Assembly (NCBI RefSeq): GCF_001194135.2
Contig: NC_068989.1
Location: 59,544,628-59,608,627, forward strand
Direction of reading: 5' to 3'
Origin: Octopus bimaculoides
Taxonomy: Eukaryota
DNA: 64,000 bases
The notes under the pieces are model-generated. The model searched no databases. It saw only the letters and a list, made by a program, of their open reading frames with translations, and was not told the DNA's origin. The stretch's first letter is position 1. Every line of letters begins with the position of its first letter. Of this stretch, positions 1-13,062 are shown piece after piece. Both the position numbers and the translations under genes were made by a program.

Positions 1-764
1 ACCGTAGAGGGTGCTTCCTCAGACCGTAGAGCTTCACTCTCCTGGAGTGCTTTCATCTCTCAAAATGCCTATTTACACGACGAGTAACTTGGAAAAACAA
101 CTGTGTGAGAATTTTTATGCAATACTTAATTGTGTAAATAAAGAAACAACAAAAATGATTGCTTTCAGACATAAAGCTCTATGTTACATTGCACAATGTT
201 AATAGCGGCTTAAGATAGGATGATTCTATTTTTGTTTTTCTCTTAATAATTCTCTCGTTCATATTCCGGAAGTTTATTACTAAGTATCGTCAGGTCTTAA
301 TCCTATTTCAATATTGTTTCAAACTGAAAAACCTACGGTCGACAAATAGTTTTTTTTATATAAGGAAAACAAAGGTTAATCTCCATAATACGTTAATAAC
401 CTAGAGTAACCATTCTGCTATTTTATAAATTGTGTATTTGACTAAATATAAAGAACATTTAATAAATCCATTTATTACAAGTAAAACTTGTTCGAAGTAA
501 TATCAGAGATTCAAAATGTTATACGTTAAAATTTGGCAAAATTATTGTATCTGAACAGTTGAGACTGGCGCATAACATTAACATCGACTATCATTGAAAA
601 GCAATTATCTTCTGTAAGCATACGCTAGAAATAGTATTGGCAATTGTTCTTCGAAGCTGACACTCTTTGACGTTGTGATTATCAAGCACAAACTTATCAT
701 CATCTCTATTTTCAACATTGTTATCTATTTCCAATAAAGGCTGATTGAGAAAAGGAAGGAAAAT

Positions 765-867
765 AAGTTTTGCTTAAGAGCACAACGAACCGACTGGTCT
801 AGAAATCGAAACCATAATCTTACAATCATGAGTGCAACGCCCTAACCACTAAGCCACGCGCTTTCAC
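765..867 (-). mobile_element. tRNA-derived SINE head
   Basis: Minus strand reads GAAAGCGCGTGGCTTAGTGGTTAGGGCGTTGCACTCATGA...GGTTTCGATTTCTAG, with a Pol III A box (846-856) and B box (801-813). Confidence 0.75.
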
Positions 868-869
868 AT

Positions 870-962
870 ATGCACACACACACACACGCACATACACGCA
901 CACACACACACACACATATATATATTTATATACACTCATACATACGTACATACATACATACA

Positions 963-993
<31 letters not shown>

Positions 994-1056
994 CATACAT
1001 ACATACATACAGACAGACAGACACATACATACATACATACATACATACCTACATAT
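870..1056. repeat. Compound (CA)n/(TA)n/(TACA)n microsatellite
   Basis: Direct reading of the sequence. Confidence 0.95.
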
Positions 1057-1057
1057 A

Positions 1058-1185
1058 TTTCCTCGTGTTTTGTTCTGTTGAAGAGCATAGGCTCGAAACG
1101 TAAAAGACCGCTCACCTTCCCGAGCGTCAAACTAATAAACCTGCTTGTTGCTTATACACCTGTTTTTCTGTAAATTTCAACTATA
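1058..1185 (+). mobile_element. Penelope-like terminal-repeat fragment with degenerate hammerhead-like motif
   Basis: CTGTTGA-A-GAGC-ATAG-GCTC-GAAAC-GTA at 1075-1102, lying between microsatellites. Core position A6 is U. Confidence 0.45.
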
Positions 1186-1362
1186 TANNNNNNNNNNNNN
1201 NNNNNNNNNNNNNNNNNNNNNNNNNNNNNNNNNNNNNNNNNNNNNNNNTATATATATATACATATATATATGTATGTATGTATGTATGTATACATATATA
1301 TATATATATATATATGCATGTATATATATATATTTATATTTGTATATATATATATATATATT

Positions 1363-1895
1363 CGCAACACTATGACTGGGTGTTGAAACAATTAATGAAT
1401 CGCTCAAATGTAGATGTGACATATCTTGACTTTGCAAAGGCCTTTGATAAGGTTGATCATGGGATGATATGTTACAAACTACGGAGACTCGGCATAACTG
1501 GGAAAACTGGAGAGTCGTTGCATGACTTCTTAAAAGAGAGAGAAGCCAGGATGTAGCTGCCAACGGAACTCTCTCCACGGAAACATTAATAGAAAGTGGA
1601 GTGCCTCAAGGAACTGTATTGGGGCCACTACTGTTCATGGTGGCTCTATGCCATCAGTTACACAGATAGCCACGCTTACTAGGGACCTCCATGTAGGGGG
1701 AATAGATGTTTTCAAGAAACAACTATCTAAAATCCGAGATGAATCAATATAAAGGCAGGAAATTCCAAGAGAGCAGCGATATCGAACTACCTCCTTCACC
1801 AGAAGCCAAACCCATAGAATTGGCCAATTAAAAGGTGATTCCAAAGGCGGTGTCCCAAGGCCTCAAGGCTGAAACATATAAACGAATAAAAGAAT
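1363..1895 (+). mobile_element. CR1-type LINE fragment (RT motifs joined to 3' end, internally deleted)
   Basis: Translates YLDFAKAFDKVDHG and SGVPQGTVLGPLLF, then jumps at ~1680 to the 3' terminus. Same superfamily as 56600-59340. Confidence 0.9.
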
Positions 1896-1983
1896 ATATG
1901 TATACATATATTTATATACATTCATACACACGCACACACACACACATCTCTATATATATATATGTGTATATATNNNNNNNNNN

Positions 1984-2014
<31 letters not shown>

Positions 2015-3699
2015 TCATACATATATGATTCGATGGTCTTTTAGTCTAAAACTTACTACCCGCTGTGTTGTTGGTTCTTTAGATATATATATTCAAGATC
2101 TCGAAAAGATTAACCTTAAACTTTGTTATTGAGAACTGTCAATCTTTGACGTGAATGCTACAGAATCGTTTCAAAGGTATCTACATCAAGAATAAAGACG
2201 AAACGAGGCAATAGCTTAAGTTTCAAAGACTCACAGATTTTGAGTTTCCTGCAAAAAATGCATAAGCGATTTATATGGAATAGATTTAAACACATTCAAG
2301 CAAAAGTTAGTTTGTCTAAGACACAAGATGAGATTACGTCACAGTATAAAACGCGATGTAGTTAGCTGTAGCAAATTCCTTTCACTAAAAATCAACTCCG
2401 GAACGAGAGTTGTAGCAACATTGATGACAGTATTCAAGCAGAGCCACATCCCACGGTCTGTAACTAGTAAAAAATGTTCTAGTATGAAATACATTAATTA
2501 CTTCTATATCGGTTCCATACTTATCGTCCATCCACATCACGAACTGTGGGTGTAGAACGGAAATAGCAAACTATGTAGTCGGCCACTAAGAAGCGAATCC
2601 GTTTTTCAGTTGTCATGGAAGTATTAAATTTGACGAGACATAAGTACGTCACGAAGCTTTACTGAGAGAAGTATTGATAAATTTCCATGAAGCAGGACAA
2701 CTGTACGCCTTCATAACTGAACTAATGAATTTTAATGTTATTAGTCCCTAGTATGTTTCTGTAAAATGATTGTAGAATGTCTTTTAATGTCAGATGTTTA
2801 TTGAGATATTCTGAAGAAAGTGAATAGATTTACCTTTCCATTTCAAATGCCAACTATATGTGTTGACTTAAAATCAAACAACACAGTGTCACTAACTAGC
2901 TAGCAATTCAGTAATCAAATTTCTGCAGTTTAATTTTTGTTTTTTTCAGTCTTATTATTTGTCACTGTTCTAAAGCTAGGCTTTTGTATTTCAAAATAAC
3001 CTTCTGCGTTGCCAATCCAAAATAACACTTATGACGTAATTCCCTAATTCAACGTAAACAATGTACTTAAACGTAGCACTCAGTATCATCACAATAATTC
3101 TTTCGTAAACAAAAGACATTATCCCGTCTAAAATCCTAATGTTTTGCTGATCTAAAGATGATTTTTGCCTCAAGATACACAGTACATCAATAATTGCAAA
3201 GTAGGTTTATTAAATACTTGACGAACGTATGTACTTTCATTCTTGTGGGCAAACGAAAACTTTGCGGTGGCTTGCAATATTTTCAAGTAGCTTTTGCAGT
3301 TTCTGCGTGGGGCAAAGTATTTCTCATTATTTATTCATCTTTCTCTCTATATGTGTGTGTGCGCGCGTGTGTGGTGTGAAACGGCCGTAATGTATTGACA
3401 CCTGTACATCTTTGTTACTTATTTACATTCTGTTCACCTAACTTGGAGCTGTGCGGATTATACCGAAATGGCAAGATGCCTGAATTTAATTACCTGATTC
3501 AACTGAATTTTAATTATATATATAAATGAAAGTAGCACTCGAGACACAGTCTGATACGGCTTCACATTAAACTTTCGGAGCTGCAAAGAACTTGTCTGTT
3601 CAGACGTTTTCTTTACCATCTGTCTAATTCTCTATAAATATATATACTCAGACACTCTCGCATGTTCATATAACATGCATACACATGTATATACAGGTA

Positions 3700-3880
3700 T
3701 GTATTTATGTATGTACTACGGCATATCTTTTCTTCCTTCACTCCTGAGAGCAGAGTCCTGGCTAATGCTGCATTGTAATACTCTGTGTGTGAATTAAATA
3801 TTGCTTCGTTCACAGAAAGCCTGGATATTCTGTTTGACGCACTTTTCCCTAAATCATTTAATACTGAATGTGAATGACTC
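3700..3880 (-). mobile_element. Penelope-like element RT C-terminal remnant
   Basis: LNDLGKSASNRISRLSVNEAIFNSHTEYYNAAL resembles the PLE thumb-region pattern S..RIS.LS.NE.IF.....YN.AL as I recall it. Confidence 0.55.
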
Positions 3881-4439
3881 GATTTTAATCTTTTCTTTTT
3901 TTATATATGAAGTTTGTAAGCATTTTTGGTCTCCTGCTGCGCTAAGGAACTGACCATCTGTCGTTGATTTCCTTTGAAGTGGAACGGTAACAGACACAAG
4001 AGACAAGTAATTGTTAAAGTTTATCATTTTACGACACTATTGTCTTAGAATATTTTCCTATTTTCCCAAAAGTCGAGACAAGTCTATGGTTAAGATTGGA
4101 ATGAATAAGGGGTTTATATTTTATTTTTTTATTTCCATCAGTTTATTTTTGGTATTTTTTCCGAGTTAGAGTAGACCTTGTGGTCTGATTGGGGTCTGAT
4201 TTTAAAGCATTTAGGTTGCTATTTCTAGCAGGGAAAACTTGGCTAATTTATGCCATTTTGGTTGACGTTTGTCAGATAAAGTCAGAGATCAAGGAGGAGA
4301 TAAATGACATTCGCTTCGTTAATTTTAAGTTGAGATAAGAACTTTGAGACAAATTAGCCAACAGTTGGAATTCAACTTGGGACTGGAAGAATAGAATGCC
4401 AGTATTACACAATTAATTCTCATACGTCCTTAACCTCTG

Positions 4440-4583
4440 ATCAAACACCACCGGACTCTATAGTCGCTATAGACGTATTATAGTCATGCTATTTAGCCCA
4501 CTTTAGTTTTAGGCCGCACGCCCAATTAGCCCTCCGCAGGAGCTAGCTTAAAAGTTTGCACGGAGGGCGGCTTTTAAGCTAGT
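4440..4583 (-). mobile_element. Helitron/Helentron-like non-autonomous element end
   Basis: Minus strand begins ACTAGCTTAAAAGCC. A 12-bp inverted repeat (4543-4554/4571-4582) and an 8-bp one (4529-4536/4561-4568) resemble the subterminal IR layout of DINE-1/HINE elements. Confidence 0.45.
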
Positions 4584-6592
4584 ACATATACATACATACA
4601 TATATATATACATATNNNNNNNNNNNNNNNNNNNNNNNNNNNNNNNNNNNNNNNNNNNNNNNNNNNNNNNNNNNNNNNNNNNNNNNNNNNNNNNNNNNNN
4701 NNNNNNNNNNNNNNNNNNNNNNNNNNNNNNNNNNNNNNNNNNNNNNNNNNNNNNNNNNNNNNNNNNNNNNNNNNNNNNNNNNNNNNNNNNNNNNNNNNNN
4801 NNNNNNNNNNNNNNNNNNNNNNNNNNNNNNNNNNNNNNNNNNNNNNNNNNNNNNNNNNNNNNNNNNNNNNNNNNNNNNNNNNNNNNNNNNNNNNNNNNNN
4901 NNNNNNNNNNNNNNNNNNNNNNNNNNNNNNNNNNNNNNNNNNNNNNNNNNNNNNNNNNNNNNNNNNNNNNNNNNNNNNNNNNNNNNNNNNNNNNNNNNNN
5001 NNNNNNNNNNNNNNNNNNNNNNNNNNNNNNNNNNNNNNNNNNNNNNNNNNNNNNNNNNNNNNNNNNNNNNNNNNNNNNNNNNNNNNNNNNNNNNNNNNNN
5101 NNNNNNNNNNNNNNNNNNNNNNNNNNNNNNNNNNNNNNNNNNNNNNNNNNNNNNNNNNNNNNNNNNTATATATATATATATATATATATGCATATATAAA
5201 TATCTCTTTTGAATTATCTTATTTGTTATTCAAGCAAGCAAGAAAATCAAATTATATATATATATTATGTACGTATGTATCTATGTATGTATTTATGAAT
5301 GCATGCAAGCAATTAGTTCGTATGCAGAACAGAAAGCAAATAAAAATACTTTATATTTCGAAATGATAATATCTTCGGCTAGATTCTCAATTCGAAGTAA
5401 AATCTCCGGTAGCGAAATAAGTTAAGAGTAAATGAGTTATTGAAGCATAAACGTAGGAGTTCAGTAGTTAATTATTCCTTTATCACAACAGGAACAGTAG
5501 TGAGGAAAAGCTTTTGTTTTAGCTGAAACTACAGAAATCGATAGATGGTAAATTTCATTAAACCTCTTCGGACATTCCAAAGAAAATTTTAAGTATTTTG
5601 TGTAAAGCTTCACTGTGAAAACAGGTTTTATTTTAAGAAAATTGGGTCATTTGTGATTAGAAGATGTTAAATGCACTTTAGTAAATCGATATCTTACTAA
5701 AGAATTTCATTGAGAGAACTGTCTGGAGTAAATGTTAGTCTCTGTTATTTTTATTCAGAAAACACTGAAAACCGTGGCAGGTATGTTACTATTGTAAAAA
5801 ATATTGATTTCTTGTTAGGGACGACAATACAACAGCTAGAGTTGGGGAGGAACTATTGGTAATATCGAAACCAATATTTAACTGGTACTTATTTTATCGA
5901 CCCTAGAAATATGACATAGTCAGCCATGGTGACATTCAAACTGCAGTGTATTAATATTGATCAGTCACTTAACAACAAGAACATGTATATAGAGCAGTTA
6001 GTCATAAAGACTCTAATGTATTACTGATACTAGTTGTAGTAAAATATGCATTGATGAAAGTTTTTAGAATGGTGTCTTGGACAAGCATGTGAATCTATAA
6101 TTGTAGATTAATGGTGATTAATGTTGATTAATGTTGATTACCTTAACAAAATAACAGGTTCATAGAGCTGACCTACTACATAGCACTCAAATATAGCATT
6201 TTTCACCTGACCAATAATGTAATGTATTGATCTATATTGATCACTGTACAGTCCTACAACACCATTATATCTAATCGCTAATGCATAGCTTCTCACCAGT
6301 AACACACTCTATCTAAATACTCAGACCATAAAAGTTGTCCAGTAACGTGAAACATCTCTCTCACAATGTTTGACTAATATCACATCATACTAATGACACA
6401 GTGTATCTGACCAATATCATAATATTTAACCTTTAACAAACTTCATCGCACCAATGAAAATACACCTCACCGGTAACTAACAACAGTTCATGAATAAAAC
6501 ACTGCATCTTACCACTCAAATACTGGAATCAATATTATTGACTAATCCCCTACTCTCAAAGTTATCAGTTATTATTACTATTATAATTATTA

Positions 6593-6805
6593 AGGTGAGG
6601 AGCTGGCAGAATCGTAACCACGCCGGACAAAATTCTTAGGAGCATTTTGTCCGCCTTTACGCTCTGAATTCAAATTCCGTCTATTTTGCTTTTAATCCTT
6701 CCGGGGTCGATAAAATAAGTACCAGTTGAGCACTTGGGTCGATGTAATTGACTTACCCCTGCCCTAAAATTGCTGACATTGTGCCAAAATTTGAAGTCAC
6801 TATTT
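6593..6805 (+). mobile_element. tRNA-headed SINE with central CCTTTCATCC...GGGGTCGATAAAATAAGTACCAG domain (family B)
   Basis: Clearly homologous to 39945-40165, 40176-40400 and 43165-43320. The central block resembles the MetaSINE/Sauria-type domain as recalled. Confidence 0.85.
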
Positions 6806-6974
6806 CTAGAAACAGCTTCGTTATCATCATTAGAACACTTTTCCAGGTGTACCCCGATGTCATTTTCCGTAGTAACACTGTGAGGGGTATCATACAAATC
6901 ACAAACAGCAACAGTGATAGGCTATTTTCTTGAAATATGCCAAAATTTTTCCACGTGAAATTAACTCTGTAGTC

Positions 6975-7420
6975 CAGTTTTTCATTGATCTCCTAATAAG
7001 ATTTGATGTTATCAGACACCTGTACCAGCTCAAGACTTTCTAAAATCCAAGAATAGGGGACCATGTCATATGCTTTCTTATAATCGATCCACACCATGCC
7101 CAGATTAGTAAATGTTTTCTTGCAGTCGTTCAGTACCATTCTGTCTATCAGAAGTTGTTCTTTTATCCCTCGGTTTTTCCTTCTGCACCCCTTCTGTTCC
7201 ACTGGGAGTTTTTCATTCATTTCCAGGAAGTTATACACATAATTAGATATTATTCCTGTCATCAGCTTCCACATCAGGGGCAGACAGGTGGTAAGCCGGT
7301 ATCCACTGCACTGCCTTTGCTGAGATCCTTTTGGCAAAGAATTGTTTTACTTGTGGTCAGCCGCTTTGGGATTTGTACACCGTTGTTGATCATTTTACCC
7401 AAATTTCTGGCCTTGTGCCT
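6975..7420 (-). mobile_element. R4/Dong-type non-LTR RT fragment
   Basis: [14 protein letters not shown]...EQKGCRR...WIDYKKAYDMVP in ORF 6993-7337. Confidence 0.9.
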
Positions 7421-7931
7421 AAGATATAAACAATTAAGGATAGGGGATTCGTAGAATCGTTATGGTGTTAGCAAAATGTTTACCGGTATATATTTCGGAT
7501 CGCTACGTTTTGAGTCTTAAATCTCTGGCCTACATGCCTATGCTTAAAATAAGCCAAATTAGGCGCCACTCTCGCCACTCTCGCCACTCTCACCCACATT
7601 TTAGCAAATTTACTGGAAAATAGCACCTCCCTCTTCATCCTCACTTTCCTCTCCAAGTGGAACTTGAATAAATTGATGAAGAATTGGCCGAAGGAATGGG
7701 ATGTCTTGGCCGACCGTGTAAAACATGACATGTCATCCAGAAGGATTACAAGATATTTGTGGCTCCAAAATAAATTGTAAAGATAAACATAAATTATTAT
7801 GAAAATCAGTTAAAAATTAAATTCAGTATAAAAATATACACAAAGCGGTGAGAAGCGCCTCCTAGGAAGAATCCCATCTCCGACCACCTTCAGCTTGGCG
7901 CATGTTTTTTACTCTTTCTCTCCCTCTCCGT

Positions 7932-7992
<61 letters not shown>

Positions 7993-8218
7993 NNNNNNNN
8001 NNNNNNNNNNNNNNNNNNNNNNNNNNNNNNNNNNNNNNNNNNNNNNNNNNNNNNNNNNNNNNNNNNNNNNNNNNNNNNNNNNNNNNNNNNNNNNNNNNNN
8101 NNNNNNNNNNNNNNNNNNNNNNNNNNNNNNNNNNNNNNNNNNNNNNNNNNNNNNNNNNNNNNNNNNNNNNNNNNNNNNNNNNNNNNNNNNNNNNNNNNNN
8201 NNNNNNNNNNNNNNNNNN

Positions 8219-8520
8219 NCGTTTTTACCCACTTGCCGTCAAATTTGCCAAACATTTTGACTATTTTCTTTACGCTAGCGCCTGCCATACGAGCACCAAC
8301 AATTTGACCTCTTTGAAAGTCCGATAGATCTGTCATTCTAATGAATTTTAATTACCTTTTTATGATGATATCTGAAAAGAAACAGCAATTTTAGCAAAAC
8401 ATATGAAGCAACACTAATAATAAATCAAAAAACCTAAAAATAAACTTTTGATTTTTTGCAAATATTTCAAAATTATGATGCTATGATGCTAGGTGTTTCC
8501 ATCATTTTATCCAACCCCAA
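8219..8520 (-). mobile_element. Tc1-like transposon 5' end (TIR plus transposase N-terminus)
   Basis: MTDLSDFQRGQIVGARMAGASV is a paired-like HTH start. The TIR-like GGGGTTGGATAAAATGATGGAAACACC lies at ~8493-8518, next to (TA)n. Confidence 0.8.
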
Positions 8521-8542
8521 TATATATATATATATATATATA

Positions 8543-8680
8543 TGCGACAGGCTTCTTTCAGTTTCCGTTTACCAAATCCACTCACAAGGCTTCGGTTAGC
8601 CTGGAGTTATAATAGAAGACACTTGACGAAGGTGCCAGGCAGTCGGACTGAGCTTAGAGCAATGGTTGGCAAGCACATGT
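8543..8680 (-). mobile_element. SINE family A head, truncated
   Basis: Homologous to 23785-23926, 34612-34771 and 44424-44549. Confidence 0.8.
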
Positions 8681-11444
8681 TTCCGAGGGACTCGATCGAC
8701 TGACTAATCCGTCTTCCCTTACGATCACAGCCTTTCGATATAGCACCACATATCAAGAATATTTGGCCACTGAATGAATTTTGGACAAGCCAACTGACAC
8801 ACTTCCATCAGCAGCCCCTCCGCCGCTCTCCCCACCCCACACCGGTAATACAAGTGGCCAAGAATTTCTGGAAGTTCTTATCAATCAATCATTGGTAGGA
8901 AAATCCGCCAGAATAACCTATTCTGATTGCCTTCCTTGGCGCCCAGTCCTCCGGTCTCCTCTAGTACATTGTCACTCAATCCAAATACTATATTTCTACT
9001 CAATTTTGTTCAATATCTTGAATTTGAATTCCATCTAAGTCATATTTTGCATTTTTCGTTCCTTTTGTGTTCATGAAATCAATGTAGAACTGTATAAATC
9101 AATACCAGTTATAAACTGTGGCCGATTTCATTTGTTGTACAGAACATTAGACTTGTTACCCTTTAGTAAGAAAATGAAATTGAAGTACAAATCAATTTCT
9201 AATGAGAGCAACAAACAATAAAAATAAAGTTGTTAGATGACAATATCTTCGATTTTTAAGATTAGTGTCGCCACAATTATAATATCTACGTCAGGTCGAA
9301 ACAAGTTCTTTTTGTTTTTTGTTTTGTTTTTAATGATAAATTTCTAAATAAATTTTTATTATTATTTTTCCTGTTTGCCTTCAGATAGACACAAAATGTT
9401 AAAAAAAATATTTTTGAAATTCACACTGTTATGCTGCTGTTTCTCGGATCAATAATCAATAAAACGATCAATAATCTATAAAGAAATACTTTTGATCTCT
9501 GCTTGATATCACCTTCTTGCAGATAGATAGGAAAAAGAGCGGAAACAAGAGGAGTGGTTGGAGTTACCGACCTTTTGTGAATCTGTACGTAACTTGGTGA
9601 TGTCGAGTAGAGAACCAGGACTGGGTGAAACGTGTTGTGAATCAGTTAGATTAACAGGAGGTTATTCTGTTTATCTTCTGCAGATGTCTGCATCGAGACT
9701 TTCAATGCTGAAAACAATGAGATCATAAATCAATATTTTATTATTGAGACTTTTCCCAGGGGTTTCATTCTGCATGGAGAATAAATAGTTAAGTGCGAAC
9801 TGAGATACTTAATATAGTGAGCTAAAAATGAATGCTAATCAATTGAAATTACATTTGAAATTACATAACCTCCTTCCTTGGCGGAGGTTATGAAAAGTTA
9901 CTATCATTGATCAATACCACAGAACAGAATAGAGAGAACTCCGAAATTTAAATTGTTAAAATTATGTTTGTTCCACTTTCGAAATATTTGCTTAGCAAGA
10001 CAAGCTGCCTTATACTAAACAATGACCCCCTTGCTTAAAGAGAGATAGCAAATAAGAACAATCCCCGATAACAAGAAGTTTAAAACCATCAAAATGTGGA
10101 AAATAACTTTTTCACCATTCCCTTCAACCGTCAAATGTTGCATCTTGATATATTCGTTCCAAAATATTTAGCAGGTTCAATAATGTTTCTATTACTAGTG
10201 AAAATGATTTTATCCACAGACCGGTGCCAATTTTATCGATTCCACCGAGATACGACCTTAGAGCGTTAAATGATAAACCCATATACAAACTGATAGTCTT
10301 TTAATGTGATTCTGTCATTTTATTTAGACACTTGAAAATTAAATACTGCAAAACGATTGAAAATGCACCTCTCTATTTTCAATGCTGTATGGAAAAGCAT
10401 AGAAACGTGTTCGACCTGAAACCGCAAGGAATATAAGGAGTTTATGGACATCTATTAGAAGAAAATGAAGACGGAATCCCTTAAAATCTCCCTCTAAGCC
10501 AGCAATCCAAGAAGAAACTTATGAAGTTATATTTCGTCCATCTCTAAATATTCAGAATGGTTCTTGAGATGTAGAGTAAATTCATCCACCACTAACACCA
10601 TCCCCTGGCTCTTTACTGCCTTTAAAGGAGTCGACACTTCTGCATGTAATTGAGCCCGCTCTCTGATGTGCGGATATTTTTATTCCCACCGGTGCCTAGG
10701 GTTCAGAAAAGGTCCCAGGCCTTTCCTCCTTTTTTTTTTACTCAGCCAATAACAAAATACACATCTCTAAAGAAAGAAAAATGTTTGAATTACAGTACAT
10801 TATAATATAAGTGATTTTCAACTAAAGAACATGTTTTGACATGTATAATGGTGACTCATCATATAACTATGTCATACAACCATTGATTGAGTTATGAATG
10901 CTTTCTACATTATTCTACAAATCAATTCTTCTATCGCTTAAGATTAGCTGAGAATGTTACGCTTTTCAGCGTCAATTCAGTCACTATTTCTGTTCTTGGC
11001 ACCGTGGTGGATCTAGCCATTCAATAAAGTAAATACCAGATATGTAATCAACTAAAATTGTTGAAGGCGGTACCCCAATATAATAGCAGCTCAGTGACTG
11101 AAACCACTTCTGTGGGAAATATTAAACAATTTTCCAATCTAAAGTGTTCTGGTATAACAACGTAGTGGAAGAGTCAGGTTAGTTATTGAAAAGCATACAA
11201 AAGCCATTACATTCATTTTAATTAGTGATGTTTATTATGAAGTGTCAAAAAAATTCATCGCAATTACGTGGTCTGGTCACTGATACAATTCCACGGCAGT
11301 GATGCCGAAGAAATGTGTCAGTAATAAGGTCGTAGGTGTGTGACAATAGAATATGTTAGTTACTAGGTTGCAGAAGTGGAACCAACATCCTTAATACATC
11401 ATAATATTTAGAAATAATGAAAGGAATATAAAAGTGTTATTTCT

Positions 11445-11670
11445 TTTATCTTTTACTTGTTTCAGCCACTAGAATGCGGCCATGCTGGAGCACCGCCTTG
11501 GGGACGTTTTAGTCGAGTGAATAGACACCAATAATTTTTTTTTTATTTAAAGCCTAGTACTTATTCTATCGGTCTTTTTGCCGAACCGCTAGGTTACGGA
11601 GACATAAACACACCAACACCGGTTGTCAAGCAGTGGTGGGGTACAAAGACTAACACAAATTCAAAAAGAA
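11445..11670 (-). mobile_element. SINE family A 3' module
   Basis: Homologous to 23508-23700 and 24003-24222 (GCGGCCATGCTGGAGCACC ... TACTTATTCTATCGGTC). Confidence 0.85.
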
Positions 11671-11849
11671 AGCGCGGAGTGGCTAACAAAGGTGGAAAGA
11701 CAACTTACAATTGTACCAAGCAAAAAGGACGCTACAATTGATATATATATATATACAGTGAGACAAGTTTTAAAAAAGGACAAATTGGAAAGGACCAAGC
11801 CCGGATGGAGTACAAGGTTATTGGCTGACGAACTTTACACAATTGCATA

Positions 11850-12062
11850 AAAGTACCGCTGCGCAACTGGATGACAGCCTGCAGCAAGGTCACGTCCCTG
11901 CCTGGATGACAAATAGACGAATGCTGCTATGCCTCAAGGATCCCTTGAAAGGAACTTGGCATCAAATTTTCGACCTATAACCTGTTTACCACTAATGTGG
12001 AAGCTTATGACTTGTGTCTTGTCGGAACAGTTATACAACCATCTGGAAAGTAACAATCTACT
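11850..12062 (+). mobile_element. R4/Dong-type RT N-terminal fragment
   Basis: Encodes [16 protein letters not shown]...LYNHLESNN. Confidence 0.85.
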
Positions 12063-12148
12063 TTTATTTATTTTTTTAACCAGTTGAATATACACAAGAT
12101 GTCGAAATATCGTTCACTAGATAGCAATGGCACTCTTCTTTTAATTTT

Positions 12149-12222
12149 AATAATAATAATAATAATAAATATAACAACCACCACCACCACGACAACAACA
12201 ACAACAACAACAACAACAACAG

Positions 12223-12253
<31 letters not shown>

Positions 12254-12278
12254 AATAATAATAATAATAATAATAATA
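12149..12278. repeat. (AAT)n/(ACC)n/(AAC)n compound trinucleotide array
   Basis: Direct reading of the sequence. Confidence 0.95.
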
Positions 12279-13002
12279 GGCTGCCCGGTCCTGGCTAAGA
12301 AGGAATATATTCACAGACACGACAGAGCTGGAACCTATATACACTGGAAGCTATGCCAACACTATGGAATAACAACAGAAAAAAGATGGTATAAACGCAC
12401 GCCAGAAAAGGTCACAGAAAACGAGAAAGCAACCATACTCTGGGATATGCCAATACACACAGATAGAGAAATTAAGGCAAATAGACCAGATATAGTTGTC
12501 AAAGACCATGAAGAANNNNNNNNNNNNNNNNNNNNNNNNNNNNNNNNNNNNNNNNNNNNNNNNNNNNNNNNNNNNNNNNNNNNNNNNNNNNNNNNNNNNN
12601 NNNNNNNNNNNNNNNNNNNNNNNNNNNNNNNNNNNNNNNNNNNNNNNNNNNNNNNNNNNNNNNNNNNNNNNNNNNNNNNNNNNNNNNNNNNNNNNNNNNN
12701 NNNNNNNNNNNAGAGATAACTCGAATGTGGAGTCTAAAAACAGAAACAATTCCTATCATAGTAGGTGCCTTAGGTATAATAAAAAAAATAGTCAGACAAA
12801 TACATAACAAAAACACCAGGACTTACAAATATATATAACATACAGAAAATTGCACTACTGGGTACTGCACACATACTACGCAAAACACTTTCAATACAGT
12901 AAACATAAGAGCACAACAGCAAACCACAGCACATACCCAAGGCGCACAGAGCTGCGCTCGGTAGTGAAGTGAAAGCACGTTATAAAAATAAAACTACTGA
13001 AC
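12279..13002 (+). mobile_element. 5'-truncated R4/Dong-type LINE (zinc finger/restriction-like endonuclease plus 3'UTR)
   Basis: GCPVLAKKEYIHRHD...HWKLC...LWDMPIHTDREIKANRPDIVV and C-terminal IPIIVGALG...QKIALLGTAHILRK. Flanked by (AAT)n on both sides, with an N gap inside. Confidence 0.92.

Positions 13003-13061
<59 letters not shown>

Positions 13062-13062
<1 letters not shown>

Noticed and set aside
8700-9000. GC-richer block with GGLG-like peptide on the minus strand
   Set aside because: Possibly an L1-type remnant, but the evidence is too short to support a call.
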